A stretch of 64,000 bases of DNA from Vulcanimicrobiota bacterium (GCA_050250895.1 JBFWNU010000007.1:128001-192000); one strand, 5' to 3'. Shown: positions 48,984-59,488, numbered from the stretch's first letter. Notes: generated by a model not told the origin, from the letters alone. Numbers and translations: made by a program.

Positions 48984-51050
48984 ATGAGTGACACAATACT
49001 CATTGTGGATGATAGTCTTACCATCCGCATGGATCTCGCCGAGGCGTTTGAATCCGCGGGGTTCGAGATTGGTTTATGCACTAACCTGGAGGAGGGACGC
49101 GAAGTCCTCGCTAGGCGTAGCGTCGACGCCATTGTCCTGGACGTGGTGCTGCCCGACGGCTGTGGGATCGAATTTTTGCAGGAACTGCGAAGCAATGGGG
49201 TCACCTCGCCGGTGATCATGCTCTCCAGCGAAGCCGAGGTAAGGAACCGAATCATTGGTCTTCAAGCTGGCGCCGACGAGTACGTGGGCAAGCCCTATGA
49301 CCGTGACTATGTGGTGGCCCGGGCCAGCGAGCTGATTCGGGCCAGTCGGGTTGGGGCCGATGAGGCCCCTATTCTGCTGATTGACGACAGCGTCACTGTG
49401 CGGCGCGAAGTGGGGGCCCTGCTGGAGAATGAGGGCTATCGCGTTCTCACCGCTGCCACGGGCGAAGAAGGTCTGCGCCTGGTGAGCCTCCACCGTCCTT
49501 CTTTGGTGATTGTCGACTCTATTTTACCCGGTATCGATGGAGCCACCGTGATTCGCAGGCTCCGTATGGACTCGGTGCTATGCGGAACGCCCTGCTTGAT
49601 GTTGACGGGTTCGGGGGACAGTACCAGCGAGTCGCGCATGTTAGATGCTGGCGCCGACGCCTTTCTTAAAAAGAATGAGGTTCCGGCGCTACTACTAGCT
49701 CGTGTCGCTGCCGTCATCCGAGCCGGCCAAGCTCCCCCAGACGCTCCGTCCAGTCTACTGGGACCAGCGCGGCTCCTGGCAGTGGACGACAGCAGCATCT
49801 ATCTGCAGGCGCTGGTTGACGCCCTCGGAGGAGAGGGCTTCGATATCGTTCTGGCGCGGTCTGGGGAGGAGGCCCTGGAGATGCTGGCCGTGCAACCGGT
49901 GGACTGCATCCTGATGGAATTGTTGATGCCTGGACTCGGAGGCTTGGAGGCCTGCCGGCGCATCAAATCGGTTCGGGGCATCGGAGACATCCCCCTGATC
50001 CTGTTGGCCTCGAAGTCGGACGAGGACACGATGCTCGAGGGCCTGGCCGCCGGGGCCGACGACTTCGTTTCCAAGTCGGCCGAATTCGATGTCTTGCGGG
50101 CGCGGGTCAGAGCTCAGCTGCGCCGTAAGCAGTTTCAGGACGAAAAGCGGCGCGTTCAGGCCGAGTTGATGGAACGGGAATTGGAGGCCACCGAGGCCCG
50201 AGCCGCCCTTGAGCTCGCTCAGACACGAGCCGATCTCCTGGGCGAGTTAGAGGCCAAGCACGGCGAACTCGAACAGGCTTATCAAGAGTTGAAGTCCACT
50301 CAGATCCAGCTGGTCCAATCGGCGAAAATGGCCTCCCTCGGCCAACTCGTGGCCGGGATCGCCCATGAAATCAATAACCCCCTGACCTACGCCGTCACCA
50401 ACGTCTGCAACGTCATCGAGTGGGTCGGCCAGTTGGATAGCACCGTCAAGCCAAACCTGTCCGACAAAGAGTTGCGGCGATGGGAAAAGATCCACATTCG
50501 GCTCGGCTCGACCCGAGAGGGCATCGACCGGGTCAAGGAACTGGTCCGGAAGCTGCGTACCTTCTCGCGCCTCGACGAGGGAGAGTTCAAGACGGTGGAA
50601 GTTCCCGACTGCATCGACTCGGTGCTGGCCTTCTTGGAACATCGGATGAAGGGCAGAATTTCGGTCGAGCAGCACTACGCCGGAGTGACCAGGTTGGATT
50701 GCTTTCCCAGCTCCCTCAACCAGGTGCTCATGAATCTGGTGGCCAACGCCATCGAGGCCATTGAAGGGGCGGGAACCATCACGATTAGTACGGAGAACGA
50801 CGAAAATTGGTATCGAATTCGGGTTCGGGATTCCGGGCCGGGCTTACCGCCCGGCCTCGAGGACAAACTGTTCGAGCCCTTTTTCACCACCAAGCCGATA
50901 GGGGAGGGGACCGGCCTCGGCCTCTCTATCTCTTTTGGCATCATGCAGGCTCATCGGGGCCACATTCATGCCAAGAATCATCCCGACGGAGGCTGCGAGT
51001 TCCTTCTGGAGATTCCGCTCGATTTAGAGGCCATGCTCGGGGAATCGTAG
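48984..51050 (+). CDS. Three-receiver-domain histidine kinase (REC-REC-REC-HisKA-HATPase)
   Basis: Three REC domains, AGIAHEINNP, EPFFTTKP, GTGLGL. Confidence 0.92.
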   Translation: MSDTILIVDDSLTIRMDLAEAFESAGFEIGLCTNLEEGREVLARRSVDAIVLDVVLPDGCGIEFLQELRSNGVTSPVIMLSSEAEVRNRIIGLQAGADEYVGKPYDRDYVVARASELIRASRVGADEAPILLIDDSVTVRREVGALLENEGYRVLTAATGEEGLRLVSLHRPSLVIVDSILPGIDGATVIRRLRMDSVLCGTPCLMLTGSGDSTSESRMLDAGADAFLKKNEVPALLLARVAAVIRAGQAPPDAPSSLLGPARLLAVDDSSIYLQALVDALGGEGFDIVLARSGEEALEMLAVQPVDCILMELLMPGLGGLEACRRIKSVRGIGDIPLILLASKSDEDTMLEGLAAGADDFVSKSAEFDVLRARVRAQLRRKQFQDEKRRVQAELMERELEATEARAALELAQTRADLLGELEAKHGELEQAYQELKSTQIQLVQSAKMASLGQLVAGIAHEINNPLTYAVTNVCNVIEWVGQLDSTVKPNLSDKELRRWEKIHIRLGSTREGIDRVKELVRKLRTFSRLDEGEFKTVEVPDCIDSVLAFLEHRMKGRISVEQHYAGVTRLDCFPSSLNQVLMNLVANAIEAIEGAGTITISTENDENWYRIRVRDSGPGLPPGLEDKLFEPFFTTKPIGEGTGLGLSISFGIMQAHRGHIHAKNHPDGGCEFLLEIPLDLEAMLGES

Positions 51051-51133
51051 GCTCAGGCTTTGTGCGTCAGGGGACATCTGGGGAGGAGCGTTCGTCAGCC
51101 AAGAGGAAGGGCTGCTCGTAATTAGGGGGTTAG

Positions 51134-52630
51134 ATGAATCGTGAGTGGACATTTGGCCGCCGTGTCGGGGTAGGCTTCGGACTTTCCGCTATCATCCTGG
51201 TGTTTGTCTCGGTGGTTGGCTATGTGGCTACCGCCAAACTTGTCGCCAATGACGGTATGGTCAAACACAGTTACGAGGTCCGCCGGACGGTGGCCGACCT
51301 GTTCTCGGGGTTGAAAGACGCAGAGACTGGCCAGCGCGGATTCTTGATCACGGGGCTAGATTCGTATCTCGATCCTTATCGGGCGGCGGTCAGCGAGAGT
51401 CCCAACATTCTCGAGAACCTGCGCAAGCTGACTGTCGACAATCCTGACCAACAGGCTCGTCTGGGCCGGCTCAAGCCACTGGTGGAGAGCAAGTTTCGAG
51501 AGCTTCGCCAGACCATCGACCTGCGCCAGCAGTCTGGCTTCGAGGCTGCCCAGAAGATCGTACTGGAAGATACGGGTAAGGTCACCATGGACCAGATTCG
51601 AGAACTGGTCGGCGAGATCGATCGGGCCGAAGCTGACCTTCTGGCGCACCGCCGCCAACTTGCCGCCGCCAGCGCCCGAATGACCAATCTCTTTCTGCTC
51701 GGCGGTTGTGGTCTGGGTGTGGTGGTGGTGGCCCTGGTCGGCTGGTTCACCATCCGGACCCTTACCACCCAGATCGGCTCGGCCATTCAAAAAGTGCAGA
51801 GTTCCTCGGCTGAACTCCAGGCGGTGGCCAGCCAGCAGGCCTCTGGGGCCAAAGAACAGTCGAGTGCCATGACCGAGGTCACGACCACTCTGAGTGAGCT
51901 GCTGGCGACCTCGCGCCAGATCGCCGAGAGTGCGGTGCGGGTCTCCAAGATCGCCGAGCAGGCAGCCACCACGGCTCGTGCTGGAGACAGTACGGTGGCG
52001 AAGTCGCAAGAGGCCATGGCGAACATTTCACGCCAGGTAGACTCGATCGTCAGCCACATGCTGGAGCTGGGCCGAAAGTCTCAGCACATCGGAGCGGTGG
52101 TGGACATCGTGTCGGAATTGGCCGAGCAGACCAATATCTTGGCCATCAACGCCACCATCGAGGCCGCCGGTGCGGGCGAAGCCGGCAAGCGGTTCGCGGT
52201 GGTGGCCGACGAGATTCGCAAGCTGGCCGAACGGGTCACGGGCTCCACCAAGGAGATTCGGACGTTGATCGACGATGTTCGGGGGGCAGTCAACACCACG
52301 GTGATGGCCACCGAGACAGGCTCCAAGTCGGTCGAGGCGGGCAACCGCCACTTCGGCGAGGTGACCTCTTCCTTCAAGGAAATAGCCGCGGTTGCGGTGA
52401 CCACCAATGACGCAGCCCGCGAGATTGAGCTGTCCACCAAGCAGCAGGCCACTGCCGTGGAGCAGGTGAACATCGCCATCACCAACGTGGCCCAGGCCAC
52501 GCGTGAAGCCGAAGCCAGCTCGGCTCAGACTCTGCAAACGGCGTCCCAGTTGGGTCTGCTCTCCAAAGACCTGATGCGCATCATTCAGCCGGAGGCGCCC
52601 ACGCAGCACGTCCGTGTCGAAAGGAAGTAG
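51134..52630 (+). CDS. Methyl-accepting chemotaxis protein with a CHASE3 sensor
   Basis: [13 protein letters not shown] (CHASE3); [35 protein letters not shown] hairpin. Confidence 0.93.
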   Translation: MNREWTFGRRVGVGFGLSAIILVFVSVVGYVATAKLVANDGMVKHSYEVRRTVADLFSGLKDAETGQRGFLITGLDSYLDPYRAAVSESPNILENLRKLTVDNPDQQARLGRLKPLVESKFRELRQTIDLRQQSGFEAAQKIVLEDTGKVTMDQIRELVGEIDRAEADLLAHRRQLAAASARMTNLFLLGGCGLGVVVVALVGWFTIRTLTTQIGSAIQKVQSSSAELQAVASQQASGAKEQSSAMTEVTTTLSELLATSRQIAESAVRVSKIAEQAATTARAGDSTVAKSQEAMANISRQVDSIVSHMLELGRKSQHIGAVVDIVSELAEQTNILAINATIEAAGAGEAGKRFAVVADEIRKLAERVTGSTKEIRTLIDDVRGAVNTTVMATETGSKSVEAGNRHFGEVTSSFKEIAAVAVTTNDAAREIELSTKQQATAVEQVNIAITNVAQATREAEASSAQTLQTASQLGLLSKDLMRIIQPEAPTQHVRVERK

Positions 52631-52633
52631 GCG

Positions 52634-53104
52634 ATGTCCGCGGCGACCGGCGAGGAGATCGACATTCTGTTGTGCAGGGCGGGGGGGCGTCTGTGTGCGC
52701 TCAGGCTGGCTGACGTGGTGGAGATCATGCGACCGCTGGCTGTCGAGCCCGTGGCCAAGGCTCCTCCCTGTGTCGATGGTCTGGCCCTGATCCGGGGGCG
52801 TCCCTGTCCGGTCTTCAATCTCGGCGAGTTGCTAGGCGGCTCGTCAAGCCCGCAGCGATTCGTGCTGATCCGGGTAGCAGGGGGCGCCGAGTCGCATGAA
52901 CGACGTCTGGCCCTCGCCGTCACCAGTGTCGAAGGCGTCGGTCGGACCGACGCCGAGGCCTTGATCGAGATGCCGCCGTTGCTCTCGTTGGCGGATGCCG
53001 AGACGGTCGAGGCGATCTCCATCCTGGACCGGCAATTGGTAACCGTATTGCGGGCGGCCGCTCTTATCAGCGAAGAAGCCTGGTCCGTTCTGGAGCCGAC
53101 GTGA
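52634..53104 (+). CDS. cheW: CheW adaptor
   Basis: VVEIMRP, GLALIRGRPCPVFNL. Confidence 0.88.
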   Translation: MSAATGEEIDILLCRAGGRLCALRLADVVEIMRPLAVEPVAKAPPCVDGLALIRGRPCPVFNLGELLGGSSSPQRFVLIRVAGGAESHERRLALAVTSVEGVGRTDAEALIEMPPLLSLADAETVEAISILDRQLVTVLRAAALISEEAWSVLEPT

Positions 53105-54558
53105 CAGACCCGCCCACCGAGCAGCAACTTGCCACTTTCCGTTCTTGGGTTCTCAATAACCTCGGTCTGTCGTTTGATGGGGATCAGTCGAACCTGCTGG
53201 CCGAGGTCTTGAGCCGTCGAAGCCGGCACGGTCAAGTCGATCCCGACAGTTATTTGCAAGCACTGTCCGGTGGCGACGACCGAGAGAAGCGGATGTTGGC
53301 CACCGAGTTGACGGTGGGGGAGACCTACTTTTTTCGTCATCGAGAGCAGATGGCCGCCTATCTGAACCAGGCTCTGGGCTGGAGCCAGATGCGCCCGGTC
53401 CGGCCCCTGAGGGTGTTGTCGGCAGGGTGCTCGACCGGAGAAGAGGTGTACTCCCTGGTCATGCTGGCCAGACAGGCCGGGCTCAGCCCAAGCGAGACCA
53501 GTTTCCTGGCTCTGGATGTGAATCCGGTCGTGATCAAGAAGGCTCGAGCCGGTAGCTACTCGGGTTGGTCCTTGCGAGAGACGCCGCAAGAGCTTCGCGA
53601 TCGATGGTTTCGCCGGGACGGCTCGCGCTATCTTCTCGACCCGGAAATCGTGGCCAGCGTGGAGTTTAGCGAGTGCAACCTGCTATCTTCGACGAACCAG
53701 CTCTGCCAATCTTATTCCTTTGATGTCATCTTCTGCCGCAACCTGTTGATGTACCTCGGTCCGCACCAGGCCCAGGCGGTAGTCGCTCGTTTGGAGTCGT
53801 CGCTTGTCCTCGGCGGCTATCTCTTTCTGGGTCATGCCGAGTCTCTGCGGGGCCTTTCCGAGAGACTCCAGGTAATGAACACGCATGGTTGCTTCTACTA
53901 TCGCCGGGGGGACGGGCCGGCTACACCGCTAACGGCCGGTCCCACTATCAGTGGACCGTTGTCCCCGGACTGGGCCGAGGCCATCCAGGCAGCCAGTGAG
54001 CGCATTGAACAGATCGGCTTGACGGGCCGCCAGACAATCCGGCCGGCCCCGACCTCACCCGACCTTGGCCGCATCCGAGAGTTGCACGAGAGCGAGCGCT
54101 ATGCCGAGGCCCTGGAAGTGTTGCGCCGCCTGCCGTCCGATACGCGCGAGCTTCCTGAGGCCGTCCTGCTGCAAGCGGTTCTGGCAGTGCAACTGAGCGA
54201 CTTTCAGGACGCCGAGGCGTCATGCCGACGCCTGCTGGAGGGGGCCAATTTCGCTGCCGGGGCCCACTACTTGTTGGCCCTGTGTCGGGAAGGAAGGGGG
54301 GAGCGGGAGGCTGCCGTGGCTGAGCACTCGGCCGCGATCACACTGGATCCCGGCTTCGCCATGCCCCGATTGCATCTCGGCTTGTTGGCCCGCCGAGCCC
54401 GTGACCTGCCGACCGCTCGTAAAGAACTGGCAAGAGCCCTTTTGCTCTTGCAGAGCGAGGACTTGCCTCGCTTGCGGCTGTTTGGTGGCGGTTTCGGCAG
54501 AGAGGCGCTAGTCGAACTCTGCCGGAGCGAGCTGAGGTCTTGCGAGGTGTCCAGATGA
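53101..54558 (+). CDS. cheR: CheR methyltransferase with C-terminal TPRs
   Basis: TVGETYFFR, SAGCSTGEE, FCRNLLMY, LGHAE; TPR tail. Confidence 0.93.
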   Translation: MTDPPTEQQLATFRSWVLNNLGLSFDGDQSNLLAEVLSRRSRHGQVDPDSYLQALSGGDDREKRMLATELTVGETYFFRHREQMAAYLNQALGWSQMRPVRPLRVLSAGCSTGEEVYSLVMLARQAGLSPSETSFLALDVNPVVIKKARAGSYSGWSLRETPQELRDRWFRRDGSRYLLDPEIVASVEFSECNLLSSTNQLCQSYSFDVIFCRNLLMYLGPHQAQAVVARLESSLVLGGYLFLGHAESLRGLSERLQVMNTHGCFYYRRGDGPATPLTAGPTISGPLSPDWAEAIQAASERIEQIGLTGRQTIRPAPTSPDLGRIRELHESERYAEALEVLRRLPSDTRELPEAVLLQAVLAVQLSDFQDAEASCRRLLEGANFAAGAHYLLALCREGRGEREAAVAEHSAAITLDPGFAMPRLHLGLLARRARDLPTARKELARALLLLQSEDLPRLRLFGGGFGREALVELCRSELRSCEVSR

Positions 54559-55049
54559 GCGAAGCGAGGGCCGCCCATTTGCGCAAAGAGTTTGACGCTG
54601 CGTTCCAGCGCCAACCGGAGGCGGCCCGGGCCAAAGGCGAGGAGTTGCTGGTCATTCGAGTCGGCGACCAGTCCTATGCCCTGCGACTGGCCCAGATCGA
54701 GGGGATAGTCAAAGAGAAGAAGATCACGCCTTTGCCGGGCGCCCCCAGGGGGCTATTGGGTATCGCCGGCTTCCGGGGAGTGCTGGTTGGCGTCTACGAT
54801 CTCGCCTCCTGGCTTGGCCAATCTCGACAGATTGGAACCTGGTTGGCCCTGGTTCGAACCAAGGACGGAGCCGGCCTGGCTCTAGCCTTCGATAGCCTGG
54901 AAAGCCAGCTTACTCTGGACCCGAGCAAGTTGGTCGCCCACGACTCGGGCCTTCACGTGGACAGCCTGGCCCAAACAGCCGAAGGACCATTGCCAGTTCT
55001 TTCTCTCCCTTCGCTGCTGCAGAGCCTGACCCAAGGCAAGGGGGTGTAG
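54555..55049 (+). CDS. cheW: Second CheW adaptor
   Basis: LRKEFDAAF, ITPLPGAP, LLGIAGFRG. Confidence 0.85.
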   Translation: MSEARAAHLRKEFDAAFQRQPEAARAKGEELLVIRVGDQSYALRLAQIEGIVKEKKITPLPGAPRGLLGIAGFRGVLVGVYDLASWLGQSRQIGTWLALVRTKDGAGLALAFDSLESQLTLDPSKLVAHDSGLHVDSLAQTAEGPLPVLSLPSLLQSLTQGKGV

Positions 55050-55051
55050 CC

Positions 55052-57088
55052 GTGGCTCGAGACCTGACCGTCTACTTCCTGGCTGAGGCTCGGGAGATCG
55101 TGCAGAACCTGTCCCAGGATACCCTCAATTTCGAGAGCCGACCGACGGCCGAATTGCTCTCTCGAATGTTTCGCCTGGCCCACACTCTCAAGGGTGCCGC
55201 CAGGGTGGCCAAACAACCAGGCGTGGCCCAGTCTATTCATCAATTCGAGGAGATTCTGGGCGCCCACCGAGATGCCCCGGAGAGTCTTCCGGCTAAAGGG
55301 GTCGAGGAGCTTTTCCGGTTGCTCGACGAGATTACTGCCGAATTGGCGAAGTTGGAGCCGGCTGCCCAGCCCTCGTCACCTCGGGAGAAGACCGAGGCCC
55401 CCCCGGGGGGGACGCAAGCGGTGGGGGTAGCCGGACTGCCCGGCCACCATGGAGTGGATGTGGATCGGCTGCTCGAGGATCTTCGGGCCGCTACCGGCCA
55501 ACTAGAGGGGCTGCGGAGTAATCTGCTCAACATCGAGCGAGGCAAAACGCTGGGCGAGCTTTTGCTGGCTCAGCTGACGGCCGAGGGCGTGCCCAAGTCG
55601 GTGCGTTTCGTGGCCGAGGAGCTGCAGGCGGAGTTGCGCGGACTGGAGCGCAACCTGGCTTTCGGGGTCGACCAGATGGGGCGCGAGCTGCGTGAAGCCC
55701 AGGAGAGTACAGAAAAGCTTCGGCTGGTGCGAGCCGACGCCCTATTCCCCCTGCTGAGGCGGGCTTTGCGGGATGCGGCCACCGAGCAGGGCTGCGAAGT
55801 CGAACTGCTGGCCCTTGGCGGCGAAGTGCGCCTCGAAGCGACCGTGCTGAGTGCAGTGCAGAACGCTTTGATTCAGGCCTTGCGCAACAGTGTTGCGCAC
55901 GGGATCGAGTCCCCCCCGGAGCGCCAGCGGGCGGGTAAACCGACCAGGGCTACGGTCAGGCTCGAAATCGCCCGTCGAGGTCGTCGAGTGGTCTTTCGCT
56001 GCCGGGATGACGGGCGCGGGATCGATCTGGCGGCGGCCGAGCATCAGCTCAGAGCCAAAGGAGTTCCGGTGGCTGGGCTTGACCGCGAAGGCCTTCTGTT
56101 GGCCCTGATGCAGGGCGGCGTCAGCACGGCCGGGCAGGTCACCCAGGCGGCCGGTCGCGGCATCGGGTTGGACGTGATTCGCCAAACGGCCGCTGAATTT
56201 GGCGGAGAGGCTCACCTGCAAACCGAGGCCGGCAAGTTCACCGAGGTCATCATCAGCCTGCCCTGGGCCGCAGCGGGAATGGATTTCCTGGAGCTGTGCG
56301 CTCAAGCCGACCACCAGGAGGTGCAGACTACGCTGCTGCTACCTTTGGATTGTGTGCGGGCGGTGCTGGGGTTAAAGCCCGAGGACATTTTACGGCAGGC
56401 CGATGGCGAGACGATCGTGTACGAGGGCCAGGCCGTGCGCATGCTTTCCCTCAACGTAATTCTCGGGATTTCAGAGGCGGTGGGGCGGGCAGTCGCAGTG
56501 CTCGAGGCCTCGCAAGGCTTGGTGGCTTTGTCGGTGAGTTCTTTTCAGGGAGTCAGCGTGGCACGTCTGCTGCCTTTGCCTTTTTTGACCGAGGCGGCCA
56601 GCTTCATCGCCGGAGCGACCCTGGATGCGCACGGGGACGCCCGCCTAGTCCTGGACCCCGACGGCCTCTTCGAGGAGGCTCGCCAAACTCGCTCGACGGT
56701 CGCCGAAACCATGATCCGCGACACCGCCAGCTTGCTGGTGATCGATGATTCCTTGACCACCCGGATGTTACAGCAGAGTATTTTGGAATCGGCCGGCTAC
56801 AAAGTGGACCTGGCCAACTCCGCCGAACAAGGTCTGGAGAAGTTGCAGGAACGGCCTTATGACCTGATCCTGGTAGATGTGGAGATGCCCGGCATCGATG
56901 GATTCACCTTTGTCGAGCGCATTCGTGCAGATCCCGCCCTTCAAGCCATCCCGGCTATCCTGGTGACTTCTCGCGATGCGCCCGAGGACAAATTGCGGGG
57001 GCGCAACGTCGGAGCGCAAGGCTACATGGTAAAGAGCGAGTTCGACCAAAAGCAGATGCTGCAACAGATACGGAAGCTTCTCAGATGA
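55052..57088 (+). CDS. cheA: CheA-REC hybrid kinase
   Basis: AHTLKG HPt, RNSVAHGIE, DDGRG, GRGIGLD, CheW domain, REC (VDVEMP). Confidence 0.93.
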   Translation: MARDLTVYFLAEAREIVQNLSQDTLNFESRPTAELLSRMFRLAHTLKGAARVAKQPGVAQSIHQFEEILGAHRDAPESLPAKGVEELFRLLDEITAELAKLEPAAQPSSPREKTEAPPGGTQAVGVAGLPGHHGVDVDRLLEDLRAATGQLEGLRSNLLNIERGKTLGELLLAQLTAEGVPKSVRFVAEELQAELRGLERNLAFGVDQMGRELREAQESTEKLRLVRADALFPLLRRALRDAATEQGCEVELLALGGEVRLEATVLSAVQNALIQALRNSVAHGIESPPERQRAGKPTRATVRLEIARRGRRVVFRCRDDGRGIDLAAAEHQLRAKGVPVAGLDREGLLLALMQGGVSTAGQVTQAAGRGIGLDVIRQTAAEFGGEAHLQTEAGKFTEVIISLPWAAAGMDFLELCAQADHQEVQTTLLLPLDCVRAVLGLKPEDILRQADGETIVYEGQAVRMLSLNVILGISEAVGRAVAVLEASQGLVALSVSSFQGVSVARLLPLPFLTEAASFIAGATLDAHGDARLVLDPDGLFEEARQTRSTVAETMIRDTASLLVIDDSLTTRMLQQSILESAGYKVDLANSAEQGLEKLQERPYDLILVDVEMPGIDGFTFVERIRADPALQAIPAILVTSRDAPEDKLRGRNVGAQGYMVKSEFDQKQMLQQIRKLLR

Positions 57089-58143
57089 CGGGCGGCCCGA
57101 TTCGAGTATTGGTGGTGGACGACTCTCTCACCGTGCGCCGGGCCATCGGGGGGGTGCTGAGGCGGTCGCCCGAGTTCGAGTTGGCTGGGGAGGCCGAGAA
57201 CGGCCTTCAGGCCTTCGAACTGTGCCGTAGCCTGCGACCGGATGTGGTGACCATGGACATGGTCATGCCAGAGATGGATGGACTGAGGGCTACCGAACAG
57301 ATCATGGCCTTTTGTCCCACCCCCATTCTGGTCGTGTCTTCCTCGCTCAATCGAGGGGAGGTTTTTCAGACCTACGAGGCCCTGGCAGCCGGAGCGGTGG
57401 ATGTGCTCGACAAAGTGACCGACAACGATTGCGAAGATTGGGAGGCCCGGCTGCTCGCGACTCTTCGTCTGGTTTCGAGGGTGCGGGTCATCACGCATCC
57501 GCGAGGTCGGTTGGGTGGCCTGGGAAAGCCATCCGACGGCATAGGGTCTACGCTACAACCCTTCGAACCCAGGGGAGGGAGCCACCTCCTGGCCCTGGGA
57601 GCTTCGACGGGTGGTCCTGGAGCGGTGGCGGAGATCCTGCGAGCCCTTCCCCCGGGTTTGGCTGTGCCGATCCTGTTGGTCCTACACATCGGCGAGCCGT
57701 TCGGGGATAGCCTCGCCAGTTGGCTCGACTCCCAGACCTCTTACCAGGTGCGCTACCCGGTGGAGGGAGAGCGCCTGTCTGAGGCCGATGGGGTGCTGAT
57801 GGCCCCTCCCTCGAGGCATTTGGTGCTGCGAGCCGGTCGTCTTTGGCTGACCGACGACCCCGAACGTCACTCCTGTCGCCCCTCGGTGGATGTCCTTTTC
57901 GAATCCCTGGCACGTGAAGTAGGTCCGAGGACCTGCGCGTGTCTCTTGACCGGGATGGGTGTCGACGGAGCGGCCGGGCTACTGGCCTTACGGGCAGCGG
58001 GAGCGCGCACCATCGCCCAGGACGAACCCTCGTCGGTGGTCTACGGCATGCCGAAAGAGGCGGTTCGGCTAGGGGCAGCTCAGCTCGTCCTACCCCTGTC
58101 GCACATCGCCTCCGCCTTGGCGGATGCCGTTCACGGGAGGTAG
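57085..58143 (+). CDS. cheB: Chemotaxis methylesterase
   Basis: REC domain plus GASTGG, LHI, RPSVDVLF, LTGMGVDG, VYGMP. Confidence 0.95.
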   Translation: MTGGPIRVLVVDDSLTVRRAIGGVLRRSPEFELAGEAENGLQAFELCRSLRPDVVTMDMVMPEMDGLRATEQIMAFCPTPILVVSSSLNRGEVFQTYEALAAGAVDVLDKVTDNDCEDWEARLLATLRLVSRVRVITHPRGRLGGLGKPSDGIGSTLQPFEPRGGSHLLALGASTGGPGAVAEILRALPPGLAVPILLVLHIGEPFGDSLASWLDSQTSYQVRYPVEGERLSEADGVLMAPPSRHLVLRAGRLWLTDDPERHSCRPSVDVLFESLAREVGPRTCACLLTGMGVDGAAGLLALRAAGARTIAQDEPSSVVYGMPKEAVRLGAAQLVLPLSHIASALADAVHGR

Positions 58144-58252
58144 GCAGGGTCAGCCGATCACGGTCGCCTCGAGCCTCAGAGGCGGCGCGCTCGCTGTCAG
58201 GCCAGCCCTCTCTCCAGGTTGCCGAGGAGCGCCGGCAGGTGGGTGTCAAGGT

Positions 58253-59359
58253 CTAAGCCTCGATCAGGGTGTAACTAAACGACGACCGCCCTCCGCCCAC
58301 GGCCGACAAGAAGCGGTCATACTCCGGGGGCGACATCGTCTGGCAACCGATGGAACGGGGCGAGTTGGGGTTGCCGGGGTGAAACAGCACGGCACTGAGC
58401 GTGTCTCCTCGGGCCTCTGAGGTGGCCCGCTCGCTGGCACTATAGTTGCCGTCGTGGTTGGTGTCGCGCCAGCCCTGAAGGCGACCCGAGCCGCTCTCGG
58501 AGCGAACGTGGAAGCTGGCCGCTCCCCCGTGGTTGCCGTTGGGCACGACCTGATAGGTCCCGGGCGCGATCATCCCCACATCGCCCCGGCCGTCGCCGGT
58601 GATGTCGGGGGAGGAGGTGCTCGAACTCTGGCCGGGATAGGTGGCCCCGCGAATCACCTCGACACCACCACCGGGACGCAGCACCACGAACGAATCGTTG
58701 TAGCGGTTTCCTTCCTGATTGCGCTGGCGAAGGCTATTGCCGTTGTGAAGGTCGGCAGTTTGGTTGTCGTCCGGGTCCAGGCCGCGCAAGCCAAGGACAT
58801 AGGTTCGATTGGGATCGACCTCCACGCCCTGCTGTTGTAGCAGGTTGGCGTAGTGCTGGTAGCGCTCTGGCTGGCTGGCTCCTCGGGGTGGGTGGCTGAC
58901 CGGACCGGCCGGTCGGGGCGGGGTGGGGATCGACTCTTCGGGAGTGGGTGTGACCTGGGCGGGGCGGGCGTGGTTGAGCGAGCCCATGGTCTCGGGCCCA
59001 ACGATACCGTCTAGCTTGAGATTGCGCTTCTCTTGCAGTTGGCGGATGGCGGCCTCGGTATCGCGTCCGAGCACGCCATCGACCTCCAGGTTGGCGCCGG
59101 TTTGCTCGTTGAGCATCCGCTGCAACTGTTTGACTTCTTCGCCGCGTGAACCGCGACGCAAGAGTTGGTCGGGCGCGAGTTCGAGCTTGGGAGAGCTGGC
59201 CACCTGGTGCCAGCCGTCGTCGAGGGCCAGGTTGGCCACCCGGGCGGCCGGCGGGCCCGCATCCAGGGGTTGCCACGAGGCGTTGGAGCTGGTGGGGGCG
59301 GCGGTGGCCGGGCGGGACCAGTTGGTCGTCGGGGCCGGGGTGTTGATCTTGATGGGCAT
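58253..59359 (-). CDS. Peptidoglycan-binding-domain protein with an L,D-transpeptidase-like (H...SxGC) C-terminal domain
   Basis: LRRGSRGEEVKQLQ...VDGVLG...LDGIVGPET (PG_binding_1); LFHPGNPNSPRSIGCQ. AGGGAG RBS before ATG 59359. Confidence 0.75.
   Translation of the reverse strand: MPIKINTPAPTTNWSRPATAAPTSSNASWQPLDAGPPAARVANLALDDGWHQVASSPKLELAPDQLLRRGSRGEEVKQLQRMLNEQTGANLEVDGVLGRDTEAAIRQLQEKRNLKLDGIVGPETMGSLNHARPAQVTPTPEESIPTPPRPAGPVSHPPRGASQPERYQHYANLLQQQGVEVDPNRTYVLGLRGLDPDDNQTADLHNGNSLRQRNQEGNRYNDSFVVLRPGGGVEVIRGATYPGQSSSTSSPDITGDGRGDVGMIAPGTYQVVPNGNHGGAASFHVRSESGSGRLQGWRDTNHDGNYSASERATSEARGDTLSAVLFHPGNPNSPRSIGCQTMSPPEYDRFLSAVGGGRSSFSYTLIEA
58254..58266 (+). repeat. 13-bp direct repeat, right copy
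   Basis: TAAGCCTCGATCA, overlapping the 3' end of the minus-strand gene. Confidence 0.5.
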
Positions 59360-59488
59360 GGTGGTCTCCCTTGGCGAGATTTGTCTCCACCATAGCCGCT
59401 GCGGCTGATATCGAGCTGACCATGGTCCAACAGATGTAACATTCTTGGGCCAGGCGGAATTTGGCGCGGCCCGGAGAATCGGCCGGCC

